DNA of 64,000 bases from an uncultured Thermoplasmata archaeon (GTDB lineage Archaea; Thermoplasmatota; DTKX01; GCA-020343715). Each line of letters opens with the position of its first letter. Positions within the stretch are counted from its first letter, which is position 1. Location: assembly GCA_964353355.1 (NCBI GenBank), contig CAYGVT010000066.1:9989-73988 (forward strand), given 5' to 3'. The notes under the pieces are model-generated. The model saw only the letters and a program-made list of their open reading frames with translations, was not told the origin of the DNA and made no database searches. Below are positions 54,032-63,092 of the stretch, piece by piece. A program made the position numbers and the translations under genes.

Positions 54032-57000
54032 TCAGCCCTTCGGCGCGGGTCCCTTGGTCAGGTCGGCCTGCTTCCTCGCGGCCGCGTCCTCGGGGGGCGC
54101 GTCGTCGGGCTTCGCGGGGTCGCGGAACCGCATGAGGACGACGGCCTCCTCGGCCCAGGTGATCCTGTCGCCGAGCTTGAGGGAGGACACGGCCTTGGGC
54201 TCCTCCTTGCCCCTCGGCGGCACGAGGACGCCCAGGGGGGTACCGGGCTCCGTGAACCGGTCCTCGAGGAGGGCCTGGCCCACCTGCCGCCCGTCGGGGA
54301 GGCTCGCGCAGCTCGTGACGTGGCCCACGACCTGGCCCTGGCGGTTGGCGACGGGCGAGCCGGGCTTGACGACGGGTATGCCGCGCTTGCCCATGCGGAA
54401 CCTGGCCAGCCGCATCGTGCGCTTGGGGTCCCTCTCGGCCATGGGGCCGCGCCCGACGAAGAATGGCTTGTGGAACCGCACGAACTGCGGGTAGCCCGCC
54501 TCGATGGGGTTGATGCCGTGCTCGCCCGCGAGCTCGTGGCCGTAGAGCGGGTAGCCTGCCTCGGTCCTCGTCGAGTCGCGCGCGCCCAGGCCCGCGACCA
54601 CGAGGCCGTGGGGCCTCCCGGCCTTGAGCAGGGACTCCCACAGCTGCGGCGCGTCGGACGGGTGGACGAACAGCTCGAAGCCCACCGGCTCGCCGGTGTA
54701 GCCGGTCCTGGCGATGATGACGTCAACGCCTGCTACCGCGCCCTGGCACAGGTTGGTGCGGCGCAGCGAGGTCACCCTCTGGGCCAGAGACGCGTCCTGG
54801 ACGCACTCGAGCAGGACCTTGGTCGAGACCGGGCCCTGGATGCTGATGTCGACGCGCTGGTCGCGGCCTGCCTTCGGGTCCTTGAGGTTGCGCAGCTCGA
54901 ACGAGTCGCAGTCGATCTCGACCCATGGGCGGCCGCCGTCGATGACGTACTGCTTCGAGATGACCGCCTGGAGCCAGTCCCAGTCCTTCTCGGCGTTGGC
55001 CGCGTTGACCACGACCATGAAGTTGTCAGGGGCGCGCCGGTAGATCCACAGGTCGTCGATGGCGCCACCGTCGGGGCCGAGCAGGATGCCGTAGGAGGAC
55101 TCGCCCGGGTGCAGGCGCGGCACGAACGGCGTCGTGACCAAGTCGAGGAACCGCTCGGCGCCCTCGCCCCTGACCTCGAACACGCCCATGTGGGAAACGT
55201 CGAACAGCACGCCCGTCGTGCGGCACGCCTGGTGCTCCTCCGATATCTTGGTGTACCACACCGGCATCAGCCAGCCCGCGAAGGGCACGATGGTCTTGGT
55301 GCGCTCCTTGTGCCACTCGTAGAGGCACGTCTTGCGCGGCTCGACACCGGGGTCCCTCCAGGACCACCGCTTCTTGTCGGACTCGGGCCTGAGCATGCCG
55401 CACACGACGCCCTGGCCGATGAAGTACGGCTTCTGGGGCGTGACCATGCCCGCCGGGGCGTTGAGCACGTTGTCGCCCTCCGGCTCGAGCATCTCACCGC
55501 GCACCGGCGACGCGCCCGTCCCCAGCAGCGCCTCCCAGACGACCTGCGCGTCCTCGACGCGGCAGACGACCTCGAAGCCGTCCGAACCGCCCCAGGTAGA
55601 CCTGTTGACGAGGGCCTTGCCCTTGCCCACCTCGACCTCGGCCGCCTGGCCCAGGTTGAGGCCCTTCGGGCCGGTGAGCCTGCCCATGGCCTTGATGGCA
55701 CCCTTGCCCTTGAGGGCCATGAGCGCGACCTTGCGAGCCGCGGGGTGGCTGAGGTCCTCGACCACGACCGGACCGTCGACCTTGCGGAGCAGGTCCTCGC
55801 CGTCGATGAGCGTGTAGCCGTCGGACACGTACCGCAGGTGTCCCACGAGGCGGTCGTGGCGGCCCCTGTGCGCGATGAGGAGGTACCGGTCCTCGCCGGC
55901 CCCCGTCGGGGGTTCCCGGACGACGACCACGTCGTCGATGACGCGGCCGTCCTTGTCGAGCACGTATGCGCGGGCGGACTGGTGCGGCTTGAGCCTCCAG
56001 ACGTCGGCCGTAACCACACCCTGCACGAACATCCGCGCTCGCTCGCCGGTGACGCGGCACACGCCATGGGCCGTCGCGTCGACCGCCTGCACGCTCTCGC
56101 CCTTGACGGGCCGGCCCTGGAACAGCGGCATCGCCTCGCCCGTGTCCTGGCCGGGGATGCGGAAGTAGTGCGGGTAGCCAGAGATGATCTGGTCGGGCCT
56201 CAGCACGCCCGTGTCCCGCATGAGCTGCTCGACCTCGCGCTTGGTCTGCTCGAACATCATCACGTCGACCTTCGCGCGGCCGCGCGGCTTCCGCGCGCCG
56301 TGGTAGTGGTAGACGTGCATGCCCTTGAGCACGCGCGCGATGATGCGCCCGAGCCGGCGGAAGTCGTCGGGGCCCCAGCCAAGCTGGGTCATCCAGGTCG
56401 TTCCCAGGCGGATGGCCGTCGGGTGGACGGCGCTGTCGTCGCCGGCCTTGGTGTTCTTGTTGAGCGTGATGCCGCACATGTCCAGGATGCGGGACACTAT
56501 CTCGCCCCTCGCCGTCTCGCCCGTGATGGTCGGCACGCGGTTGAGGTCGACCATCACGTAGTGGCAGTCCGTGCCACCGTAGGCCAGGGGGACGCCCTCG
56601 GCCTCGAGCGTCTCGCCGAGGACGCGCGCGTTCTCCTTGACGGCGCGCTGCATGAGGCGGAACGCCTCGGTCTTGGCGATGCCGAAGCACACTGCCTTGC
56701 CCGCGATGGCGTTGATGTGCGGACCGCCCTGCTCGCCGGGGAAGACCGCGAAGTCGAGCCGCTTGCCGAGCTCGGGGTCCGTCGACATGATGACCGCGCC
56801 GCGGGGGCCGCACATGGTCTTGTGGGTGGTGAACGTGATGACGTCGGCGATGCCCACCGGCGTGGGGAACTCCCCGGCCGCTACCAGGCCAGCGGGGTGC
56901 GCGATGTCGGCCAGCAGGTGGGCCCCGACGTCGGACGCGATGTCCTTGAAGGCCTTCCAGTCGATGGTGCGCGGGTAGGCCGAGTAGCCCGCGATGAGGA

Positions 57001-57637
57001 GCCTGGGCCTGGCCTTGCGTGCGGCCACCTCGATGAGGTCGTAGTTGAGGATGCCCGTCGCGGGGTCGACGGTGTAGGGCGCGACGTGGTGGTACCGTCC
57101 CGACCTGTTCACGGGGGAGCCGTGCGTGAGGTGGCCGCCCGAGTCCAGCGCCATGCCCATCGTGGTCTCGCCGGGGCTCACGAGGGCCATGTACACCGCG
57201 TTGTTGGCGGCCGCGCCCGAGAGCGGCTGGACGTTGACGAAGATGTCCTCGGCCTTGACCGCCTTGGTCGCGAAGGCCTCGGCGCACCGGCGCTGGGCCA
57301 GCGTCTCAATGAAGTTGATGTAGTCGCAGCCCTTGTAGTACCGGCGGTCTGTGTAGCGCCGGTGGTAGGCGAGCTGGTGGTCGAAGTCCATGAGCCTTCC
57401 GGTGTCCCAGAGGGACATGCGCAGCGACGGCAGGCCCTCGGCGTAGAGGTTCGTGAAGGTGCTCGCGACCGCGTCATGGACGGACCTGGGGCAGATGCTC
57501 TCCGATGCGATGAGGATGACCTTGCGCCGCTGGCGCTCGTCCTCGAGCCTCACGAGCTGCGCCACGGCCGGGTCGACCGCGTCGTTCAACGGGAGCTCCA
57601 GGTACGACTTGTAGGAACGTGGGGGTTGTGAGTCCAT
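54032..57637 (-). CDS. fusion protein: serine hydroxymethyltransferase domain, then a GcvT/YgfZ-like folate-binding domain, then a complete aminomethyltransferase (GcvT) domain
   Basis: 1201-aa continuous ORF. SHMT motifs LIASESI, NVQPLSGAAANNAVY, GGHLTHGSPVN, PLP-lysine TTHKTMCGPRGAVI, VFPGEQGGP. The middle about 300 aa are GcvT-like. C-terminal GcvT motifs LFDVSHMGVFEVRG, ARDSTRTEAGYPLYGHE. Confidence 0.82.
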   Translation of the reverse strand: MDSQPPRSYKSYLELPLNDAVDPAVAQLVRLEDERQRRKVILIASESICPRSVHDAVASTFTNLYAEGLPSLRMSLWDTGRLMDFDHQLAYHRRYTDRRYYKGCDYINFIETLAQRRCAEAFATKAVKAEDIFVNVQPLSGAAANNAVYMALVSPGETTMGMALDSGGHLTHGSPVNRSGRYHHVAPYTVDPATGILNYDLIEVAARKARPRLLIAGYSAYPRTIDWKAFKDIASDVGAHLLADIAHPAGLVAAGEFPTPVGIADVITFTTHKTMCGPRGAVIMSTDPELGKRLDFAVFPGEQGGPHINAIAGKAVCFGIAKTEAFRLMQRAVKENARVLGETLEAEGVPLAYGGTDCHYVMVDLNRVPTITGETARGEIVSRILDMCGITLNKNTKAGDDSAVHPTAIRLGTTWMTQLGWGPDDFRRLGRIIARVLKGMHVYHYHGARKPRGRAKVDVMMFEQTKREVEQLMRDTGVLRPDQIISGYPHYFRIPGQDTGEAMPLFQGRPVKGESVQAVDATAHGVCRVTGERARMFVQGVVTADVWRLKPHQSARAYVLDKDGRVIDDVVVVREPPTGAGEDRYLLIAHRGRHDRLVGHLRYVSDGYTLIDGEDLLRKVDGPVVVEDLSHPAARKVALMALKGKGAIKAMGRLTGPKGLNLGQAAEVEVGKGKALVNRSTWGGSDGFEVVCRVEDAQVVWEALLGTGASPVRGEMLEPEGDNVLNAPAGMVTPQKPYFIGQGVVCGMLRPESDKKRWSWRDPGVEPRKTCLYEWHKERTKTIVPFAGWLMPVWYTKISEEHQACRTTGVLFDVSHMGVFEVRGEGAERFLDLVTTPFVPRLHPGESSYGILLGPDGGAIDDLWIYRRAPDNFMVVVNAANAEKDWDWLQAVISKQYVIDGGRPWVEIDCDSFELRNLKDPKAGRDQRVDISIQGPVSTKVLLECVQDASLAQRVTSLRRTNLCQGAVAGVDVIIARTGYTGEPVGFELFVHPSDAPQLWESLLKAGRPHGLVVAGLGARDSTRTEAGYPLYGHELAGEHGINPIEAGYPQFVRFHKPFFVGRGPMAERDPKRTMRLARFRMGKRGIPVVKPGSPVANRQGQVVGHVTSCASLPDGRQVGQALLEDRFTEPGTPLGVLVPPRGKEEPKAVSSLKLGDRITWAEEAVVLMRFRDPAKPDDAPPEDAAARKQADLTKGPAPKG

Positions 57638-57792
57638 CGGGACCGCCCTCTTGGGCTATCCAGTCATTCCGGCTGGACGGCCTGGCATCCACGGAATCCC
57701 ACGCCCGCCCATAAAGGTTTGCCTGAGGCGACAGAAAGCCTCATGAGCGCATTGCGCCATGCCCCGGGAAGGCCGCCCTGGGGGCCCGCGTC

Positions 57793-59199
57793 GTGGCAGT
57801 TGGACGGACACAGTACCTCCGGGCGATGGACCGCATCTACGACCTGCCCCGGTTCCTCGTCGGCCGGTCGGAGGTCCACCGCCCCACGACCGAGGAGAGG
57901 CTCGAGCGCATCGAGGTGACCCGCCGGTTCCTCGACGAGGCCTGCCCCGGCTGGCGCGGCATCAGGGTCGCCCATGTGGGCGGCACCTCCGGCAAGGGCT
58001 CGACCGCCTGGATGCTCGCGGCCATGCTCTCGCGGCGCCACCGCACGGGTCTCGTGACATCTCCGCACCTGTTCGACATGCGCGAGCGCATCCGCGTCGA
58101 CATGGAGCCCATATCGAGGGAGGACCTGGTGCGCGTGTTCGAGGGGACGGTGGTGCCCGTGGCGGAGCGCCTCTGCCGCGACGACCCCAGGTTCGCGCTG
58201 CGGTTCCCCGAGGTCATCCTGGCCACCGCGTTCGCCCGCTTCCTGGAGGTCGGCTGCGAGTGGGCAGTCGTCGAGGTCGTGGTCGGGGGGCGGTACGACC
58301 AGTCCAACGTCGTGCGCCCCGCGGCCTCGCTCGTGACGAACGTGAGCCGCGACCACGTGCACCAGCTCGGCGGCCGCATCGAGCAGATTGCGTTCCACAA
58401 GGCCGGCATCGCCAAGCCCGGCGTCCCCCTGTACACCTCCGAGACCAAGGCCACGGTCATGCGCGTGCTGCGGGAGGAGGCCGGGCGGGTGGGCGCGCCC
58501 CTCGTCCAGGTCGCGCCCGAACGGGCCCATGGGCGCGCCATGCGGTTCAGGGGACGCGAGTGGGAGCTCGGCATGAGGGGCGGCCACCAGCGCTTCAACG
58601 CCGCGCTCGCGCTCGCGGTCGCGCTCGACGTCGCGCGCGTCCCCGCGGCCGACTGTGCCTCGGCGCTCGCCTCCGCGCGCATGCCCGGCAGGTTCGACGA
58701 GGTCGCCCCCCGCGTGTTCGCGGACATCGCGCACAACCCGGCCAAGGTGCGCGCGATGGCCGAGACCGCGCAGGAGGAGCTCGCCGGCCGGCGCGCGGTC
58801 CTCGTGGTGGGCATGGCGCGCCGCAAGGAGCACGAGGCGATGCTGCGGCCCCTTGTACCCCTCGCGGACAGCATCGTGTTCACGCGCGCCCGGTACAGGG
58901 GTGCGGACCCCAGGCGCCTGCGGAGGCTGTGGGTCGGTATGGGCGGCGACCCGTGCCGCGCGTCTGTCGAGCCGGACGCGCACAAGGCGTTCGCCAGGGC
59001 GAGGAGGCTCGCGGGGAGGGACGGCGTCGTGGTGGTGACGGGTTCGACCTTCGTCGTGGACGAGGCGCTCAACCCCGAGGCATGGCTCATGCGGGCCAAC
59101 GCGGAGTACATGCCGCCCGGCAAGGGCCAGGGGGGCGGGCGGGCGCGCCGCCCCGCGAGGCGCGGTCGAGAGGCGACCCCCGCGGCACGGCTCCGGTGA
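57793..59199 (+). CDS. folC: folylpolyglutamate synthase / dihydrofolate synthase (Mur ligase family)
   Basis: P-loop HVGGTSGKGST. TSPHLFDMRERI, VVEVVVGGRYD and SRDHVHQLG of FolC. 468 aa. Confidence 0.83.
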   Translation: MAVGRTQYLRAMDRIYDLPRFLVGRSEVHRPTTEERLERIEVTRRFLDEACPGWRGIRVAHVGGTSGKGSTAWMLAAMLSRRHRTGLVTSPHLFDMRERIRVDMEPISREDLVRVFEGTVVPVAERLCRDDPRFALRFPEVILATAFARFLEVGCEWAVVEVVVGGRYDQSNVVRPAASLVTNVSRDHVHQLGGRIEQIAFHKAGIAKPGVPLYTSETKATVMRVLREEAGRVGAPLVQVAPERAHGRAMRFRGREWELGMRGGHQRFNAALALAVALDVARVPAADCASALASARMPGRFDEVAPRVFADIAHNPAKVRAMAETAQEELAGRRAVLVVGMARRKEHEAMLRPLVPLADSIVFTRARYRGADPRRLRRLWVGMGGDPCRASVEPDAHKAFARARRLAGRDGVVVVTGSTFVVDEALNPEAWLMRANAEYMPPGKGQGGGRARRPARRGREATPAARLR

Positions 59200-59306
59200 G
59201 CGGGCCCTCGGCGTGCTGGGAGTCGCTCCCTGAGGATGCCGTCCGGCTCAAGCTGTCGCCATCGGGAAGGGGCCGGGACGACCGACCGGGGGCGGGGGCC
59301 TCTGCG

Positions 59307-59675
59307 TCAGAGGTACTCCTTGAGCTTGCGCTCGAGCTCGCCCTTGGGCTTGACGCCGACGATGGAGTCCACGTGCTCGCCGTTCTTGATGACGAGCAGC
59401 GTCGGGATGCCCATGATGCCGAACTCCATGGCGAGCTCCTGCTGGTCGTCGGTGTTGAGCGTGCCGAAGGTTATCTTGCCCTTGTAGGCCTCGTGCAGCT
59501 GCTCGACGATGGGGGTGAGGGCCTTGCACGGCACGCACCACGGCGCCCAGCAGTCGATGACGAGCAGCTGGAACCGGGAGGAGGCCTCCTTGATGGTGTC
59601 CGCGGTGATCTCGACTGGCAGCGGTGGCGCCGTCCCCGGCGGAACGGCGGACAGGGGCTGGTTCCGGAACTCCAC
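59307..59675 (-). CDS. thioredoxin
   Basis: WAPWCVPC active site (WCxPC). Thioredoxin fold of about 120 aa. GTG start with a GGGAGG 4 nt upstream. The ORF extends further upstream in the track, but that extension has no homology. Confidence 0.82.
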   Translation of the reverse strand: MEFRNQPLSAVPPGTAPPLPVEITADTIKEASSRFQLLVIDCWAPWCVPCKALTPIVEQLHEAYKGKITFGTLNTDDQQELAMEFGIMGIPTLLVIKNGEHVDSIVGVKPKGELERKLKEYL

Positions 59676-59841
59676 AGTCCTCCCTCTCCGACTGTTTCGC
59701 GTAGGGCGTCGCCCGGATAAGAACCTTACCAGCCGCCCCCCGCTCCCTCCCGCCCCCTCCCCGCCCAGGTCGCCCCGCGCCAGGGTCGCGCGCGCGCAAC
59801 CTTTTTCAACGTGGTCGCACGTAGAGGGCCCCTTGACCTGT

Positions 59842-60768
59842 ATGAGGAACTTCCTGGTTGTCGTGTGCGCCGCGGCGCTGCTTTGCGTGTCTACCGCGGG
59901 CTGCTTGGAGGTGCGCGACCGCCCCGAGGAGGGCGACTTCGCCATCCACCTCGAGACGCCGCCCGTGCTGGTGTACCTTGGCCGGAGCGGGAACCTCACG
60001 GGCCCCGCGGCGGAGCTGGACACCGAGATGGAGGGCGACGTGGCCTACTCGTGGGACGTGGGCGCCGACGGTCGCATCGACTACACGTACCGGGAGGCGC
60101 GCGTCGAGAACGCGAGCATCGGCGTGCAGCTCGCCAACTACATCCTGGGCTTCCACGACGAGTCGCGCAACACCACGATGCTCCTCGCCTTCTCGCCGGA
60201 CGCCTCGACGGCGGCCGCGACCGTCGCCGACGTGCGGTTCTCCAAGGAGGGGGCATCCGCGACCGCCTCGTACAGGACGCCGCTGGAGGTCGTGGGCCTC
60301 GGGAACCTCTCGCTCTCGGACATGGGCATCTTCGGGGCGGTCCTCGGCACCCTTGACCAGTTCCCTGCGGAGCTCGCGCTCAACGTGACGCTCCCCGCCC
60401 CCGCCAACGGCTCGGTCGAGTACGTCGCCGCCTTCCGCCCCTGGTCGGTCTACTTCCCCGAGGGGACGGTGCAATCCGTTTCCCTTGCCATCAACGCGGG
60501 CGAAACCCACAGGGTGTCGTTCGGTACCGACGGGCAGCTGCGGCTCACCATCTGGGATGCCTCGGGGGAGGCCCTCTTCGAGGGCCTCGCGTCGGACGCG
60601 CCCGGCGACCGCCACGTGGAGGTCACGGCCTTCGACTGGCAGGGACGCATCGGCGAGGAGGAGACGCCGGGCCCCGCGGCGGCCATGGCCGCCGGGGCGC
60701 TGCTCGCTGTCTCGTGCGTGGCGGCGCTGCGCCGCCGCACCGCCCTCAACCGCCGGCCGCCTGGGTGA
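59842..60768 (+). CDS. secreted lipoprotein-like/surface protein with PGF-CTERM-like (PGP) C-terminal anchor
   Basis: Signal peptide with lipobox-like TAGC. Sequons NLTG, NASI, NTTM, NLSL, NVTL, NGSV. C-terminus ETPGPAAAMAAGALLAVSCVAALRRR. Confidence 0.6.
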   Translation: MRNFLVVVCAAALLCVSTAGCLEVRDRPEEGDFAIHLETPPVLVYLGRSGNLTGPAAELDTEMEGDVAYSWDVGADGRIDYTYREARVENASIGVQLANYILGFHDESRNTTMLLAFSPDASTAAATVADVRFSKEGASATASYRTPLEVVGLGNLSLSDMGIFGAVLGTLDQFPAELALNVTLPAPANGSVEYVAAFRPWSVYFPEGTVQSVSLAINAGETHRVSFGTDGQLRLTIWDASGEALFEGLASDAPGDRHVEVTAFDWQGRIGEEETPGPAAAMAAGALLAVSCVAALRRRTALNRRPPG

Positions 60769-62992
60769 CGAGCAGGTCGATGGTGGTGGACTCGCGACGG
60801 CTCCAGTCGGGGCCGTACACCATCTCGATGACGAGCTCGGAGTGCGCGCCCACGTCGCCCACCGGGTCGATGGTGACGCTCTTGACCTGGTCGTAGCCCG
60901 GCGGGAGGACGAGCTCGTCCTCCTTCTCCACGATGGTGAAGTCGGGACCGTCGACCGTGTAGGTGAAGCGGACCGTCACGTCCACGGTGCTCCTCGACAG
61001 CAGCTGGAAGGCGACCGCGCGCTGCTCCCCCGACCTGAAGGTCACGTTCTCGTACTGGGGGAAGAGCGCCACGTCGTAGATGGGGTTGACGATGTCGAAC
61101 GCGACGGGCAGCACGATGGTCATGTTGGTGCCCTCTGGCTCGAACGAGAGGTCCGCCTGCAGCCCGGACGCCAGGGGCGTGCCGGGCGCCGCGTAGAGCC
61201 ACAGCCGCAGGTTCACGGTCCCGTTGTCGGTGAGCGCGACCTCGCCCAGGGACCCCATGGACCGGACGTCGTCGACGGTGACGTTCGCGACGCTCCCGTT
61301 GGTGAGCAGTCCCTCGGCACCGCCCGGGACCGAGAGCCCGAGGAGGAAGCGCGTCTCCTCGCCCCTGGCGCCGTGCACGTGGCTCTTGAGCCTGAGGGGC
61401 ACCTCGACCACGCGGTCGATGGCCAGCAGCGTGTTCGCAGGGACCTCGCGCGGCTCGATCCAGCCCACCGTCGCCGTGAACTTGGCGTAGACCAGGACGT
61501 CCTGGTCCTTGTCGTTGGCGTACCTGATCTCGACCGTGAACGTCTCCCGCAGCCCCAGGTCGGAGCCGTTGGGCGCCGCGACCGAGACGTTGAGGCGCGT
61601 TAGGAAGGATTCGCTTTTGGACTTCAGCACCTCGATGCGACCCCGGTCCGGGCCCGTGGACCTCAACTTGGCCCCGAAAGTCACGTTCCACCCGTGGTCC
61701 TCCTGCAGCTCTATCCTGGCCGTGAACCGCGTGTTGCCGGTGTTGTTGAGGACCATCGTCACGTTGGCCCAGCCGTCCGGGGCCACGTTCACGTCTCCGG
61801 GCTCGACGTGGACCTCCATGTCAGGGTGGAGCGGAGAGGGCGCCATGGGCACGGGCACGAAGCAGACGGCGAGGAGGATGAACGCCACCGTGCCCACCAT
61901 GACCCTCGACACGGGCAGCGGCGACACGTCGTTGAGCGGGGGCGGGTGCGCGACCGAGACGAAGAACACGATGAGCACCAGGTAGATGATCCAGCCCCAG
62001 TAGCCCGTGAGGAGCGAGACCAGCACCACGGCCGCGATGGTCACGTAGCCCATCAGCCTCGCGCGGTCGCCCAGCAGCGCGCGCGCGATGTGGCCGCCGT
62101 CGAGCTGGCCCACAGGGAGCAGGTTGAGGAAGGTGACGAGGAAGCCCACCCAGCCCGCGAAGGCGGTGGGGTGGATGAGCACGTCCTCGGGCGTGGGGAC
62201 GAGCGCGCTCATGACCTGGTAGATGAGGGGGGTGCCCAGGATGACGTAGACGGACGCGTCGTCGCCCGTGGGATGGGGGTCCCAAGCGCTCAGTTGGAGG
62301 CCCAGGATGGTGACGAAGATGGCGACGACGAAGCCCGTGATGGGCCCCGCGAAGCCGATGTCGATGAGCGCGCGCTTGGAGGGTATGGGCTCCCGCAGCG
62401 AGATGGCCGCCCCGAAGGTGCCCAGGATGGGCGGGGCCGGGAGGAAGAACGGCAGGCTCGCGGCCACGTGGTGGTGCCGCGCCATGAGGAAGTGGCCCAT
62501 CTCGTGGACGCTCAGCACGAGCATGAGCGGCGCCGCGAAGTAGACCGCGCCCTTCCACGCGGACTCCCAGGTCACGAGGCCGATGCTCTCGTACGACGAC
62601 ACGAACGTCATGCCCGCGAAGATGGTCGTGAAGATGGTGGCGACGAGGAGGACGATGTTGACCCAGATGCTCCTGAACTTGCGCTTCGGCAGGCGGCTGA
62701 CGTAGACGATGAGCCCCTCGCGCTCCCGGAGGAGCATCGGGATGTAGCCCGCGTCCATCATCTCGCGGCGCAGCTCGTCGAACTCCTCCTCGAGCGTGAG
62801 CATGTTGACCTGCACGAAGTAGGCGAAGGCCTCCTGGTCGTACCGGACGTCGGTGACCTGGAACCTGTGCTCCACGAGCGCGCGGACGCGCTCGACCTCG
62901 TGCTTGAGGTCCTCGGGGGAGGGGGCCGTCACTGGGGGGGGCATGAACCTCCCCATGTCCGGGGGGGGCCCGCCTGCATATGGGCCTGACAA
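60746..62992 (-). CDS. site-2 protease (peptidase M50) with large C-terminal extracytoplasmic sequon-rich domain
   Basis: HEMGHF (HExxH) and LDGGH motifs within a 6-TM core. About 400-aa C-terminal beta-rich domain with many N-x-S/T sequons. Confidence 0.78.
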   Translation of the reverse strand: MSGPYAGGPPPDMGRFMPPPVTAPSPEDLKHEVERVRALVEHRFQVTDVRYDQEAFAYFVQVNMLTLEEEFDELRREMMDAGYIPMLLREREGLIVYVSRLPKRKFRSIWVNIVLLVATIFTTIFAGMTFVSSYESIGLVTWESAWKGAVYFAAPLMLVLSVHEMGHFLMARHHHVAASLPFFLPAPPILGTFGAAISLREPIPSKRALIDIGFAGPITGFVVAIFVTILGLQLSAWDPHPTGDDASVYVILGTPLIYQVMSALVPTPEDVLIHPTAFAGWVGFLVTFLNLLPVGQLDGGHIARALLGDRARLMGYVTIAAVVLVSLLTGYWGWIIYLVLIVFFVSVAHPPPLNDVSPLPVSRVMVGTVAFILLAVCFVPVPMAPSPLHPDMEVHVEPGDVNVAPDGWANVTMVLNNTGNTRFTARIELQEDHGWNVTFGAKLRSTGPDRGRIEVLKSKSESFLTRLNVSVAAPNGSDLGLRETFTVEIRYANDKDQDVLVYAKFTATVGWIEPREVPANTLLAIDRVVEVPLRLKSHVHGARGEETRFLLGLSVPGGAEGLLTNGSVANVTVDDVRSMGSLGEVALTDNGTVNLRLWLYAAPGTPLASGLQADLSFEPEGTNMTIVLPVAFDIVNPIYDVALFPQYENVTFRSGEQRAVAFQLLSRSTVDVTVRFTYTVDGPDFTIVEKEDELVLPPGYDQVKSVTIDPVGDVGAHSELVIEMVYGPDWSRRESTTIDLLVTQAAGG

Positions 62993-63092
62993 GCCTCAGC
63001 CTCCATCCTCGCCTGCTGGTCGATTGGGATTGACATGCCAGGTCGGATATTTCAATCTTGGCCCATCCCGGTCAGCGCCCCTGGCCCTGGGG

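Noticed and set aside
59248-60023. Longer thioredoxin ORFs (183 and 238 aa) in the track.
   Set aside because: Homology to thioredoxin begins only about 120 aa from the stop. The upstream extension is low-complexity, and an SD-preceded GTG at 59675 gives a canonical-length protein.
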